Below, piece after piece: positions 26,800-36,803 of a stretch of 64,000 nt of DNA. This DNA is from Candidatus Cloacimonadales bacterium (GTDB taxonomy: Bacteria; Cloacimonadota; Cloacimonadia; Cloacimonadales; DAONDQ01). Position 1 is the first letter of the stretch; the number at the start of each line of letters is the position of its first letter. The stretch lies in assembly GCA_963662275.1 (NCBI GenBank), contig OY759316.1, positions 4,064,001 through 4,128,000 on the forward strand, given 5' to 3'. A program made the position numbers and the translations under genes. The notes beneath the pieces are model-generated. The model saw only the letters and a list, made by a program, of their open reading frames with translations, did no database searches and was not told the DNA's origin.

Positions 26800-27897
26800 A
26801 TGAAAAAATTGATAACCAATAATCGTGTAGCTATCCTCGACTTAGGTACAAATACATTGAAGCTTCTCATTGCTGAACAAAACGATGGACAGTGGGAATT
26901 TATCCTTGATACAGCCATATCATGCCGTTTGGGTGAAGGTTTGAAGCAAAGCAAAAGACTTTCACCGAATGCTAAACAACGTGCCTTGGATGCTTTGGAT
27001 AAGGCAATTGCACTTTGTGACCGGAGTAAAGTTAGTCAAATATATCCTATCGCTACTGAAGCATTCAGGATAGCAGATAACGGAGAAGATTTTCGTCTGA
27101 AAATAAAAAAAGAACTGAATCTGGATTTTAAGATAATCTCAGGAGACGAAGAAGCTGCTCTTGCCTTGGAAATGCTAAAATATGAATTCCCCCTCAGTAT
27201 GAAGGAAACCCTTATCATTGATATTGGGGGCGGAAGCACAGAGATAAGTGCGAAGTACGAAGTGCGAAGTACGAACGGGAAGACGAAGGAAGAAAGTTCG
27301 AAGTACGAAGTGCGAAGTACGAACGGGATAATATCCCCCCTTGAGAAGGGGGGTAGGGGGGTCAACCATATTTCTTCGGACTTCGAACTTCAAAATATAG
27401 AATCCCCCTCCACCAACTTCGAACTTCGAACTTCGGACTTCGAACTTCGAGTGAGTTTGCCGATGGGATGTGTTACCCTCACAGAAGAGTTTTTACCCTC
27501 TGATCCGCCTACAGAAGATGAAGTGCTTGCATTACAAGACCATATCAAGTCTATTATCAGTCAATTCCCCAAACCAGAGAATCCTTTATCATGTATAGGT
27601 TTGGCAGGAACATTAGTGACTCTTGGCTCTTTGTTCCTGGGTGAATTCAATGCAGAAAACATTCATGGATTGACGATGACTTATGATCAAATTGATATCA
27701 TCTCTTTAAATTTAAATCATATGACCAACGAAGAAAGAAAGACAATGCCCGGCATGATCCTCAATCGGGAAGATGTCCTGCCTGCCGGTGCAATTATGCT
27801 GCTGGAGATTATGACTCATTTCCATATTGATACTGTTACTATCAGTACACATGGGATTCGGCACGGGTATTTGTACAGCCTGGAACGCTGTCTTTAG
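26800..27897 (+). CDS. ppx: Ppx/GppA family phosphatase with a repeat-derived in-frame insertion
   Basis: DLGTNT, RLGEG, ATEAFR, ISGDEEA, DIGGGSTE, SLPMGCV, GLAGT, GIRHG. Confidence 0.88.
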   Translation: MKKLITNNRVAILDLGTNTLKLLIAEQNDGQWEFILDTAISCRLGEGLKQSKRLSPNAKQRALDALDKAIALCDRSKVSQIYPIATEAFRIADNGEDFRLKIKKELNLDFKIISGDEEAALALEMLKYEFPLSMKETLIIDIGGGSTEISAKYEVRSTNGKTKEESSKYEVRSTNGIISPLEKGGRGVNHISSDFELQNIESPSTNFELRTSDFELRVSLPMGCVTLTEEFLPSDPPTEDEVLALQDHIKSIISQFPKPENPLSCIGLAGTLVTLGSLFLGEFNAENIHGLTMTYDQIDIISLNLNHMTNEERKTMPGMILNREDVLPAGAIMLLEIMTHFHIDTVTISTHGIRHGYLYSLERCL

Positions 27898-27939
27898 ACG
27901 GTGGGTAGTTTGCTTTTAAGCGATGCAAAACTAAAAGAG

Positions 27940-29106
27940 CTATATTGAAATGTTTTTCACTAGAAGATCAACTTGGGTATATGGGACAAATCTGTCGTTA
28001 TTCTTTTCCCAAGCCAAATCACCCCCATAGACAATCGCAGCTTCCAAATCCAGACCTAATGTCTTGCGAAATGAGTTTATGTTCTTTAAGACAGATGTAT
28101 TCATATTCTGTGTTGATTTAATCTCAACCGAATAGAGTTCAGCCCCATTTTGAATAATCAAATCGATTTCAGTTCCATTTGATTCTCTGTAAAAATATAT
28201 GGGAGCTTCCATTCCCCTATTGTAATAGCTTTTCAGGAATTCTCCAATAATAAATGTCTCAAATATCTGCCCACGTAAAGGGTGGGTTACTAAGTCATCA
28301 GCGTTTCGAATTCGCAACAAATTACATACTAGTCCCGTGTCATAGAAGTAAAGTTTTGGCTGCTTAACTAGTCTTTTATTTAAATTCGAATGCCAAGGCT
28401 GCAACAGATAGATGATAAAACTTGTTTGCAGGATAGACAACCAATTGTTCACTGTCTTTCTATTGATCCCGACTTCATTCGCTAATGCTTCCTTATTTAG
28501 CAGTGAACCACATCTACCGGCACATAAAGTGAGGAATTTATGAAATAGGTTTAAATCATGAACATTGGTTAACAATCTGATATCCCTCTCTAAATAAGAA
28601 CTAATATAGGATGCATAAAACATGGAAGGATTCATTTTCTTATCGATTAACCTGGGATAAAAACCGTTATATAGTGCTTTATCCAGGATTACCTTCTTAT
28701 TTTCATATATCTCCTGCCAAGTAAAAGGCAATAAATTGAATATCGCAGTTCTTCCAGCCAATGATTGTGATATGCCTTTCATCATCGAAAACTGATTACT
28801 TCCGGTTAACACAAATTGTGCTTCGATGTTAGTTTCATCAACGATGACTTTAATATATGAAAGTAACTCAGGTACTAGTTGGAATTCATCAATAATGTAC
28901 TTCATTGATAAATCAGATAATAGACTTTTTGGGTCTTCCAGCATAATTAGTCTAGTATTAGGATCTTCTAAATCGTAATATCGATAATCTGGAAAACTCA
29001 TTTTTGCTAATGTTGTTTTGCCGGATTGACGGGGACCTGTAATCGTTATGACAGGAAAACCAGCAGCGATTTCCATCATATATTTTTGCATCGTCCTAGT
29101 TATCAT
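27940..29106 (-). CDS. AAA-family ATPase with DUF4143 C-terminus
   Basis: GPRQSGKTT, IIDEFQ, LTGS, SLAGR, KLYFYDTGL, EIDLI..EIKS. Confidence 0.88.
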   Translation of the reverse strand: MITRTMQKYMMEIAAGFPVITITGPRQSGKTTLAKMSFPDYRYYDLEDPNTRLIMLEDPKSLLSDLSMKYIIDEFQLVPELLSYIKVIVDETNIEAQFVLTGSNQFSMMKGISQSLAGRTAIFNLLPFTWQEIYENKKVILDKALYNGFYPRLIDKKMNPSMFYASYISSYLERDIRLLTNVHDLNLFHKFLTLCAGRCGSLLNKEALANEVGINRKTVNNWLSILQTSFIIYLLQPWHSNLNKRLVKQPKLYFYDTGLVCNLLRIRNADDLVTHPLRGQIFETFIIGEFLKSYYNRGMEAPIYFYRESNGTEIDLIIQNGAELYSVEIKSTQNMNTSVLKNINSFRKTLGLDLEAAIVYGGDLAWEKNNDRFVPYTQVDLLVKNISI

Positions 29107-29337
29107 AACTTACCTTGCTTGTCCATTTATTTTAGAATATCCAACATCAGTATCATTACTTTTCTTACAGTATTTTCTCTCTGTTATTTATGTAAAGTGG
29201 GTAACGCTATACCTATATTACATAGTATTCATGATGTGATTTCCTGTCAAGATTGCTTTTTTGGGAATGCTTACATGCAGATTCATCGTCAACGATGTGG
29301 GAACAAGTCGCAGACGCTGTGTTCCAGTCTGCCCTTC

Positions 29338-29376
29338 TTAACTAGCACCTACAACCTAACACCTAGCACCTTCTGC
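29338..29376. repeat. Heptamer tandem repeat (CTAGCAC-type) ending ACCTTCTGC
   Basis: ctagcac ctacaac ctaacac ctagcac cttctgc; related arrays at 31618, 38640-38728 and 59511. Confidence 0.75.
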
Positions 29377-29451
29377 AAATCTTTCCTTGACACCGCATTA
29401 ATCCTTAATCTATTTTGCAAATATACTTAACTACTCAAATATATTGGAGAA

Positions 29452-31617
29452 ATGATGAAATCTTGGATTATGCTTATTTTACTTTATCTTTGTTTCCTAC
29501 CTATTTTTGCTGTGATTCATAAGATTGGAGAATATGATACGCCAGGTTTGGCAAGATCAGTTTCCATAATAGGAACAATTGCATATATTGCAGATGGCGA
29601 TTCAGGATTACAAATAGTCAATGTATCAAATCCTCAGAATCCGTATCTATTGGGTTCATATGATACTCCTGGCTTCGCGATTTCAATTTCAGTAGTTGAT
29701 GGGATTGCTTATATAGCAGATTACACTTGTGGTTTGCAGATCATCGATGTTTCTGATCCTCAGAGTCCGTATCTACTTAGTTCATATAATACTCCAGATC
29801 GAACACGCTTCGTTTCGGTTGTGAATAATATTGCCTATATAGCAGATTGGGAATCTGGTCTGCTGATCATCGATGTATCCGATCCTGAGAGTCCGTATCT
29901 ACTTAGTTCTTATGATACACCGGATATAGCATATTCAGTGAATATAGTCGGAAGCACTGCGTATGTAGCTGATGGAGTTACCGGTTTGCAGATTATTGAT
30001 GTTTCCGATCCTCAGAATCCTTTCCTACTTGGATCATACGATACTCCTGGTTACGCAGTTGACGTCAATGTTGTGGACTCTATTGCCTACATAGCGGACG
30101 GCGCTGATGGAGAATCTGGGCTGCAAATTATTGATGTGACAAATCCTCAAAATCCACAACCCCTTGGTTCATATACAACTCCCGGTTATACATTCTCTGT
30201 TGCTGTTCAGGATAACATTGTCTATGTTAGTGGTATGAATTTTCACATTGCTTATCCTTATTTTGAAATCCTTGATGTATCAGATATACAAAATCCACAA
30301 TTACTTGGGTCTTATGATACGCCTGAATCTGTATTTTCGGTCAGCATTTTAAGCAATTTTGCTTATTTAGCAGATGGCTCATCCGGTTTACAGATTATTG
30401 ATGTTTCCAATATCCAAAACCTGTCATTTCTTGGCTCTATATGTACTCCTGGTAACGCAGAAGCTGTCACTGTCATAGGTAATTTTTCTTATACAGTAAA
30501 AGGCAGTTCCGGTATGCAAATCATCGATGTAAATAATCCTCAGGATCCACAAATACGAGGTTCTTATGACACACCTGGTTACGCTTACTCTATCAATGTT
30601 GTGAATAATATTGCTTATATTGGAGATGGCAATTCAGGTTTACAAATAATTGGTGTTTCAAATCCCGATAATCCACAACCTTTCGGATCATATGATACTC
30701 CTGGAAATGCCAAATCCATTGCCGTAGTGGGTAATATTGCTTATATTGCGGATGAGTATTCTGGAATACAGATTATTGATATTATTGATCCTCAAAATCC
30801 ACAACTCCTTTGTTCCTATACTACCATTGAGCCTGCTGAATTTATCTTTGTTGTGAATAACAAAGCTTACGTGATAGAAAGCGAATACATGCTTCAGATA
30901 ATTGATGTTTCCGATTCATTAAATCCTTTTTCACTTGGGACTTATGAAACTCAAGGATGGCTTAAATCTGTTAGCGTTGTTGGTGATATTGCTTTTATGG
31001 CTGGTGGTTATTCTGGCATATTAATTATCGATGTATCCACTCCTGCGACTCCTACATTAGCAGGAATAATTTCAAGTAATCACCAAACAAGCGTAGTAAC
31101 TGATGTTTATATCAAAAACAACTTCCTTTTTGATGTTGATAATAACTGGAATGAGATAGGAATTTATGATATTAGTAATCCCTCTGAACCAATTCTTATT
31201 AGTAATTATTCATGGAATCTAAGGACGGTCGATCTTGTCATGGAAAATGGGAAACTCTATATAGTTAATGTCAGTAATGGTTTGAGTATCTTAGATAATA
31301 ATGCTATCGTTCCAGTTGATGACCCAATAGTGATTCCTAAGAATGAACTCTCCCTCTCCAACTATCCCAATCCATTCAACCCTTCTACAACAATCAGCTT
31401 CGATCTTCCCAAAGCAAGTTTAGTGAACTTGGATATCTATAACATCCGTGGTCAAAAAGTGAAGAACCTTATGAATGAGCATTTTACGCAGGGGAATCAT
31501 ACTGTATCTTGGAATGGAACAAATGATGATGGACATGCTGTTGCTTCCGGTATATATTTTGCCAGGATGAGCAATGGTGGTAAGGTTGTCAGCAGGAAGC
31601 TGGTGCTGGTGAAGTAG
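29452..31617 (+). CDS. LVIVD-repeat secreted protein with T9SS/FlgD-type C-terminal domain
   Basis: About 13 AYIADxxSGLQIIDVSxPxNPxLLGSYDTPG repeats; NYPNPFNP C-terminus. Confidence 0.9.
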   Translation: MMKSWIMLILLYLCFLPIFAVIHKIGEYDTPGLARSVSIIGTIAYIADGDSGLQIVNVSNPQNPYLLGSYDTPGFAISISVVDGIAYIADYTCGLQIIDVSDPQSPYLLSSYNTPDRTRFVSVVNNIAYIADWESGLLIIDVSDPESPYLLSSYDTPDIAYSVNIVGSTAYVADGVTGLQIIDVSDPQNPFLLGSYDTPGYAVDVNVVDSIAYIADGADGESGLQIIDVTNPQNPQPLGSYTTPGYTFSVAVQDNIVYVSGMNFHIAYPYFEILDVSDIQNPQLLGSYDTPESVFSVSILSNFAYLADGSSGLQIIDVSNIQNLSFLGSICTPGNAEAVTVIGNFSYTVKGSSGMQIIDVNNPQDPQIRGSYDTPGYAYSINVVNNIAYIGDGNSGLQIIGVSNPDNPQPFGSYDTPGNAKSIAVVGNIAYIADEYSGIQIIDIIDPQNPQLLCSYTTIEPAEFIFVVNNKAYVIESEYMLQIIDVSDSLNPFSLGTYETQGWLKSVSVVGDIAFMAGGYSGILIIDVSTPATPTLAGIISSNHQTSVVTDVYIKNNFLFDVDNNWNEIGIYDISNPSEPILISNYSWNLRTVDLVMENGKLYIVNVSNGLSILDNNAIVPVDDPIVIPKNELSLSNYPNPFNPSTTISFDLPKASLVNLDIYNIRGQKVKNLMNEHFTQGNHTVSWNGTNDDGHAVASGIYFARMSNGGKVVSRKLVLVK

Positions 31618-31655
31618 GAAGGTACTAGGTGCTAGGTGTTAGGTGCTAGTAAGAC
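31618..31655. repeat. Heptamer tandem repeat, inverted relative to 29338
   Basis: aggtact aggtgct aggtgtt aggtgct ag. Confidence 0.75.
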
Positions 31656-31674
31656 TCAGAGAATAGACCAGTTG

Positions 31675-32925
31675 CTACTTTAAAAGGGTTATCTTCCCGA
31701 CAGCCGTCTCATATCTATCATTCATGTATTTGAAAAGATAAATACCATTGGGACATATAGTTCCGTTCAGATCAGTACCATTCCATGTAGCTTCAGGTAA
31801 AGACATGCTTCTGACTAATTGCCCGTGGATATTGAAGATTTCAATGGTTCCCTTGTTAATAGTTCTACCGTCCTGTTGCAGGGAGAAGTGAACTTGTTCT
31901 GCAAAGGGATTTGGATATGCAGATAGTTTAATCACAGGAGATGCTGTTTCGTCTGAAACAGGGGTTGACTCTGAATAAAACTGGATGTCTGTGGGGGCAA
32001 GTCCAACTGTGTAGTCATGTATTATTTCGCTATTCCAATTGACAAGTGAAACAACGCCGTTCTCTCCCCAATGAGAATTCACGATACCGAGGCAGTCCGT
32101 ATTTCCAGAAAGACAGGAACCGCCTGGTGTAAATGGATTCGAAGATGTGTTCAGCATTTCAAATGTTCGGGTTTCATAAACATAAACACCTGTGTTCATA
32201 GCTTCTGCGATATAAGCTTTATGATTAGCTCCAATCCAGATATTTCCTAAGTTTCCCCCGATAGGTAGGGTTCTTTCCACCGTATTTGTGATTGGATCAA
32301 TGATACAGATATTCCCATGTACACTTGACCAATTACCGGTACATACAACATGAATCTTACCATCAGCAACCGCCAGGAACTGAGCATTCATTTCCACAGG
32401 TATTGAGGCTGCTACTGCGAAAGTATTCAAATCTATCACAGATACAGTACTCGGTGAGTAATTCGGATAGTTCCCCGTGTTAGCCACATAGAGAGTATTT
32501 CCTGCGATACACATTCCTTCCGGTCCAATACCCACTAAAACTTCTGCCACGACTTGATTGGTCGTAAGTGATACTTTATATAATTTGTTGGTGAAAAGCC
32601 CTGTAACATAAGCAAAATTGTCTTTAATCGCAATATCGTAAGGATTGGAAGAAGCTGCTACGAAGATCGTGGCAATCGTCTGTCCTGTCAGTAAATCTAT
32701 CTTCTGCACGTTATTAGCCCCTGAATTGACGACGTAGCCGAAATGGTCTTGGATCTCCATCAGGTTTGGTGCAAGTCCGAGTAAAGCAAAAGTGTTATTT
32801 ACCTGGCTTGTTTCTGTGTTGATCTTGGATAAGGTCTGACTGCTGCTGTTGATGACAAAGATATTTGTTCCCTGCAGGTTCGTCGCTAACATGATAAGAA
32901 TGAGCAAGAATAGATTCAGTTTCAA
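31675..32925 (-). CDS. YncE/YVTN beta-propeller (BtuG-like) with T9SS/FlgD-type C-terminal domain
   Basis: YVVNSG, AYVT, VGIGPEGM, YVANT repeats; YPNPF C-terminus; follows btuB; TTG start with GGAGG RBS inferred. Confidence 0.75.
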   Translation of the reverse strand: MKLNLFLLILIMLATNLQGTNIFVINSSSQTLSKINTETSQVNNTFALLGLAPNLMEIQDHFGYVVNSGANNVQKIDLLTGQTIATIFVAASSNPYDIAIKDNFAYVTGLFTNKLYKVSLTTNQVVAEVLVGIGPEGMCIAGNTLYVANTGNYPNYSPSTVSVIDLNTFAVAASIPVEMNAQFLAVADGKIHVVCTGNWSSVHGNICIIDPITNTVERTLPIGGNLGNIWIGANHKAYIAEAMNTGVYVYETRTFEMLNTSSNPFTPGGSCLSGNTDCLGIVNSHWGENGVVSLVNWNSEIIHDYTVGLAPTDIQFYSESTPVSDETASPVIKLSAYPNPFAEQVHFSLQQDGRTINKGTIEIFNIHGQLVRSMSLPEATWNGTDLNGTICPNGIYLFKYMNDRYETAVGKITLLK

Positions 32926-32944
32926 GGGTTTCCTCCATTGATCA

Positions 32945-35107
32945 TTATAATTGATATGCAATATTCAACTGAAGCTGCCAGTGAAAACCTGGCTGCGGAA
33001 TATAAGGATAGATCTCATACTTGTGGTTGAAAAGATTATAAGCTGACAAAGACAGGCTTTCCTTCCATTTCTTTGTTACGAAGTTCATTCCTGTATCAGC
33101 ATCTACAATTCCATACGGTTTCAAAGGTGGTAAGAGGTTATCAGGTTTTGACCATTGCCTGCCTGTGTAGGAATAGTAGAGATTCAGGAATTGAGACTTT
33201 CTTTTCACGGCGGCACTGCAACGAAACTGAGTTTCCGGTAAATATACAAGGTGCTTTCCGTAAAAGGCAGAATGCACTCCATTGGGAAGAATTGATCTAT
33301 CGTAAGCAGATGTATATGTAAAAGAAGCATCCAGGTTAAGAAAAGAAAACGGTTTGGCTGTTGCTTCGAAGACAATGCTTTTCATCTCCGCCCTGGCAAT
33401 ATTCACAGGTTTCCATACACCACCCCAAGTATAGGATTGAATCCAAAGAATCATATCCTCTAAATAATTCTGGTGATAATTGATTTGCAGTGAATTATCC
33501 TGCCATTGCCATTTTCCAAACACTTGCCAGCCATGTGAACGTTCAGGTTCCAGGTCAGCATTTCCCGTTGCCTGGGCATCACCTTTCCAATACAAGCTGT
33601 AAAAGGAAGGAACAGTGAATCCAGTACCATATGAACCACCGGCAGTCACATCAGACCAGCTTCTGTAAGTTGCATCAGCACTTATCCGGTAAGTGACAAA
33701 ACGATCAAACAAGTCCTGGTGGTCGATCCTGCCATTCAATAAACTATGGAAAGTGAAAGACGATATATCTTTGGAGTATTCAATCTGCTCTCCACCAGCA
33801 AAGAGGGTTTGGGATTTTTGAGGAATATCATGACTTGGATAAGTAGGTTCTTCATAGATATAATCTTCTTTCCAATATTCCAGGAAAGTATGGAATTTCA
33901 TCTCCATCCAAACCTTATCCCAAGAACCTTGCGAACCATTCTTTACAAGCTTATTCTTACTTTTCATCAAGTAAACCGGTAAAGGAGCATGGGTATTATC
34001 ATAAGTAGTATTCTCTCTGTTCTGATAAAGCATAAGGTGCAGTTCATTGTTTTCTTTGCCATGACGGATATCGAGAGATTGACGCAGCGTTTCACCTTTT
34101 ATTCCGGCATCCTGGTAAAGGAGCAGGAAATTCACAGGTCCGGGAAGCTGTTTGTCAAAATCCTGGTAGTCAAATGTATAATGTACATTCCAGTCGTCCT
34201 TCATCAGACCGAGATGAAACATCATATCTTCCACATATTTACGATTGAAGGTACGTTTGAGCGTAACGTTCTGCCCATTCTGTGTCATCGTATGATAAGA
34301 AAAGTCATTCTCTGCCTTCATATTACTGTAATAGACCATTGCCTGGACATGAGAAGTCGTCAGGAAACTGCGGAAAGATTCTCTCTGATAACCTAAACTG
34401 CCACTGCCATAAGTTGCTTCAAGAGTAGACTTGCCATTGTTACCGAATTGCTTGGTATGAATATTAAGCATACCACCCATCCCGCCACTGCCAACAAGAC
34501 TGGATGTATTATTCTGCATTACTTCCACTCTTTCCACGGATTCTGAAGGAATAGAGGACAGGTCGAAATCTTCACCTGAGACATTTAATGGTACACCATC
34601 CAATGAAACTGCCACATGCCTGCTTTTGAAACCCAACAACGAAAGAGACTGCTTTTCCCCATCCAGTGAAGTGCCTTGTACAAGAAAGCTGCCTTGGTGA
34701 GCTAGTATGCCAGCTATGTTAGAATATGAATTCGGTGGAATAGAGTATTTCTTTGATTCATTCAAATTTATTGAAGAACTATACATACTTCTGTCCCAAA
34801 CATGAACACCACTAATAGAGAACGGCTCTATCTTCAGAATAATTACGATGGGAGTCTTTAGATTTATTATCGTAAAGGAAGCTTTCTTGTAACCCATTTT
34901 ATGAAAAGACAGAGTTACATGACGATCACTGACTTTGATTTGAAAGGAACCATCGAAGCCTGTCTTTACATCCTCGATATCTGAGTTTACCCAAACATCT
35001 GAAATAGGCTTGTCCAGGCTGTCCCTAACAACACCTGTCACTTTCGTCATGGAAAACAATGACAGAGTGATTAAGTATAGGGTCAGGAGCAGTAATAGTC
35101 TTTTCAT
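32945..35107 (-). CDS. btuB: TonB-dependent receptor (probable BtuB)
   Basis: Carboxypeptidase-regulatory-like N-domain, plug (LDGVPLN..DLSSIP..VERVEV), GNADLEPE, YNLFN, terminal aromatic strand. Substrate inferred from riboswitch context. Confidence 0.8.
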   Translation of the reverse strand: MKRLLLLLTLYLITLSLFSMTKVTGVVRDSLDKPISDVWVNSDIEDVKTGFDGSFQIKVSDRHVTLSFHKMGYKKASFTIINLKTPIVIILKIEPFSISGVHVWDRSMYSSSINLNESKKYSIPPNSYSNIAGILAHQGSFLVQGTSLDGEKQSLSLLGFKSRHVAVSLDGVPLNVSGEDFDLSSIPSESVERVEVMQNNTSSLVGSGGMGGMLNIHTKQFGNNGKSTLEATYGSGSLGYQRESFRSFLTTSHVQAMVYYSNMKAENDFSYHTMTQNGQNVTLKRTFNRKYVEDMMFHLGLMKDDWNVHYTFDYQDFDKQLPGPVNFLLLYQDAGIKGETLRQSLDIRHGKENNELHLMLYQNRENTTYDNTHAPLPVYLMKSKNKLVKNGSQGSWDKVWMEMKFHTFLEYWKEDYIYEEPTYPSHDIPQKSQTLFAGGEQIEYSKDISSFTFHSLLNGRIDHQDLFDRFVTYRISADATYRSWSDVTAGGSYGTGFTVPSFYSLYWKGDAQATGNADLEPERSHGWQVFGKWQWQDNSLQINYHQNYLEDMILWIQSYTWGGVWKPVNIARAEMKSIVFEATAKPFSFLNLDASFTYTSAYDRSILPNGVHSAFYGKHLVYLPETQFRCSAAVKRKSQFLNLYYSYTGRQWSKPDNLLPPLKPYGIVDADTGMNFVTKKWKESLSLSAYNLFNHKYEIYPYIPQPGFHWQLQLNIAYQL

Positions 35108-35162
35108 TATATTCCTTTTTACTATCGGTTTAAAGTATCAGGTCTGAGCAGAGAAGAACTAG

Positions 35163-35300
35163 CTCTCCCCTAACCCCTCCCTTTACAAATGGGAGGGGAA
35201 TCAGATGGGTTTCATCCAGACAAGAGCGGGGAATCAGACGGGCGTACTGTCGAACGCCCCTACTCTGCAAATCTTCAATCTTCACTCTTCAATCTTCCAT
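35163..35300. repeat. CCCCT..AGGGG palindrome, GTAGGGGCG REP (minus strand) and TTCAATC heptamers
   Basis: CCCCTCCC-tttacaaat-GGGAGGGG; GGGCGTACTGTCGAACGCCCCTAC; ttcaatc ttcactc ttcaatc overlapping the btuD end. Confidence 0.65.
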
Positions 35301-36081
35301 TTCTGCCCGGTCCCGGGTATTGAAAGTTTGGCTTTCCAGTATTCATATTCATTGTGATATTCAAAGAAATCCCGAATAATTGCTGCAATACTTCCGTTCT
35401 TATCACTTGTTCAGCTACACCGTGTATAATGAGTTTTCCATCATTTAGAAGATAGAGTTCATCGCAGTAATTGGCTGCCAGGTTGATGTTATGCGAAACC
35501 AGGATAACAAGCTTTTGCTTATCATTGGCTATCTCACGCAGCAGATTCATGGTCTCTACCTGGTAATTGATATCCAGTTGGGAAAGACTTTCATCAAGAA
35601 GGATGACATCCGTTTGCTGGACCAGTGCCCTGGCGATGAGAACCCTTTGCTTTTCTCCACCACTAAGCTCGAGGTAATATTTCTTCGCTAAATGAGAGAG
35701 ATGAAGTGTCTTGATCATCTCGTTGGTGATTTCTTCATCTTTTGCTGAGTAGTTCTGCCACATTGTTAAATACGGAAATCTGCCCATGAGAATCAGTTCT
35801 TGCACTTTGTAATCAAACTGAAACTCCAGCTCCTGGGGTATCATCGCTAGTTTCTTTGCTAATTCCAAGCGATGCCAGTTCTGCAGGGGAACACTATTAT
35901 AGTTAATAGTACCACTAGAGATTGGCAAATAACCTACCATTGTTTTCAAAAGAGTCGATTTTCCTGCACCATTCGGTCCAAGCAAGGCACAGAATCCCTG
36001 TTCAGGAAAGACAATACTTATTTCCTGCAGTACCGGTTTTTCAGGATAACCTGAACAGAGCTTTTCAATTTCAATACGCAT
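35275..36081 (-). CDS. btuD: Cobalamin/iron-siderophore ABC transporter ATPase
   Basis: GPNGAGKST, LSGGEKQR, LLDE, VSHNIN. Confidence 0.88.
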   Translation of the reverse strand: MRIEIEKLCSGYPEKPVLQEISIVFPEQGFCALLGPNGAGKSTLLKTMVGYLPISSGTINYNSVPLQNWHRLELAKKLAMIPQELEFQFDYKVQELILMGRFPYLTMWQNYSAKDEEITNEMIKTLHLSHLAKKYYLELSGGEKQRVLIARALVQQTDVILLDESLSQLDINYQVETMNLLREIANDKQKLVILVSHNINLAANYCDELYLLNDGKLIIHGVAEQVIRTEVLQQLFGISLNITMNMNTGKPNFQYPGPGRNGRLKSED

Positions 36082-36096
36082 ATCATTCCTTATCAT

Positions 36097-36217
36097 ATAG
36101 AGCAGGACGCCGTTCCTGCTAAACTAAATGTAGATTTTGAAGTCTATTTGCCCTTGTAGGGACAAACCCATGTGTTTGTCCTCTACTTCCAGGATAGACA
36201 CATGGGTCTATCCCTAC
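36097..36217. repeat. REP (36097-36120) plus GTAGGGA inverted doublet (36156-36217)
   Basis: TAGAGCAGGACGCCGTTCCTGCT; GTAGGGACAAACCCATGTGTTTGTCC ... GGATAGACACATGGGTCTATCCCTAC. Confidence 0.8.
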
Positions 36218-36327
36218 ATAATATTCAGTCACCATGCCAGTTAATTTCTTTTCTGAAAAAATAACTTGCTAAAATTTGCTAATTCCTACCTTTTTACTAT
36301 GTTATCTATGAAGGAAGTAAAAAAAAC

Positions 36328-36750
36328 ATGCAGATTACGACAAAAACAGAATATTCAGTACGTGCTCTTGTGGAGATTGGAATGCATTATGGAAAGCCTG
36401 TTTCTATTCGGGAGATTTGTTCTGTACAGAATCTTCCGGAGAAATACGTTGAACAACTGTTCAGACGCTTGAAGAAGCAAAATATCATCACCAGCAGTCC
36501 TGGAGTTCATGGCGGATACAAGCTTGCTCGTGCTGCCGAAGAAATCAACTTGCAGGAGATAATGGATGCTGCTGAAGATAACACATATCAAACTTATTGC
36601 TCCAGCAAACCGGAAAGCGGTTTCTGTTTGGGCAATCCTTGTGTTTTACAGCAATTATGGCAGGAGATTCATGAGTATATGAAATCCTACCTGGAAGATA
36701 TGACCTTAAAACAGATTATGGATAGATTGAAGGAGACAAGCCATGAATAA
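36328..36750 (+). CDS. iscR: Rrf2-family regulator (IscR-like)
   Basis: TTKTEYSVRAL, YVEQLF, GVHGGYKLA; three C-terminal Cys. Confidence 0.88.
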   Translation: MQITTKTEYSVRALVEIGMHYGKPVSIREICSVQNLPEKYVEQLFRRLKKQNIITSSPGVHGGYKLARAAEEINLQEIMDAAEDNTYQTYCSSKPESGFCLGNPCVLQQLWQEIHEYMKSYLEDMTLKQIMDRLKETSHE

Positions 36751-36803
36751 ACACTTAGAGTTGACTTCAGGAAACAATGTAGCGCTTACTTTAGGAGGTT
36801 CTC

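Noticed and set aside
29026..29430. 134-aa plus-strand ORF
   Set aside because: Overlaps the ATPase start, promoter-like sequence and heptamer repeats; probably spurious.
29520..31060. Repetitive DNA in the LVIVD gene
   Set aside because: Protein-level repeats with synonymous divergence.
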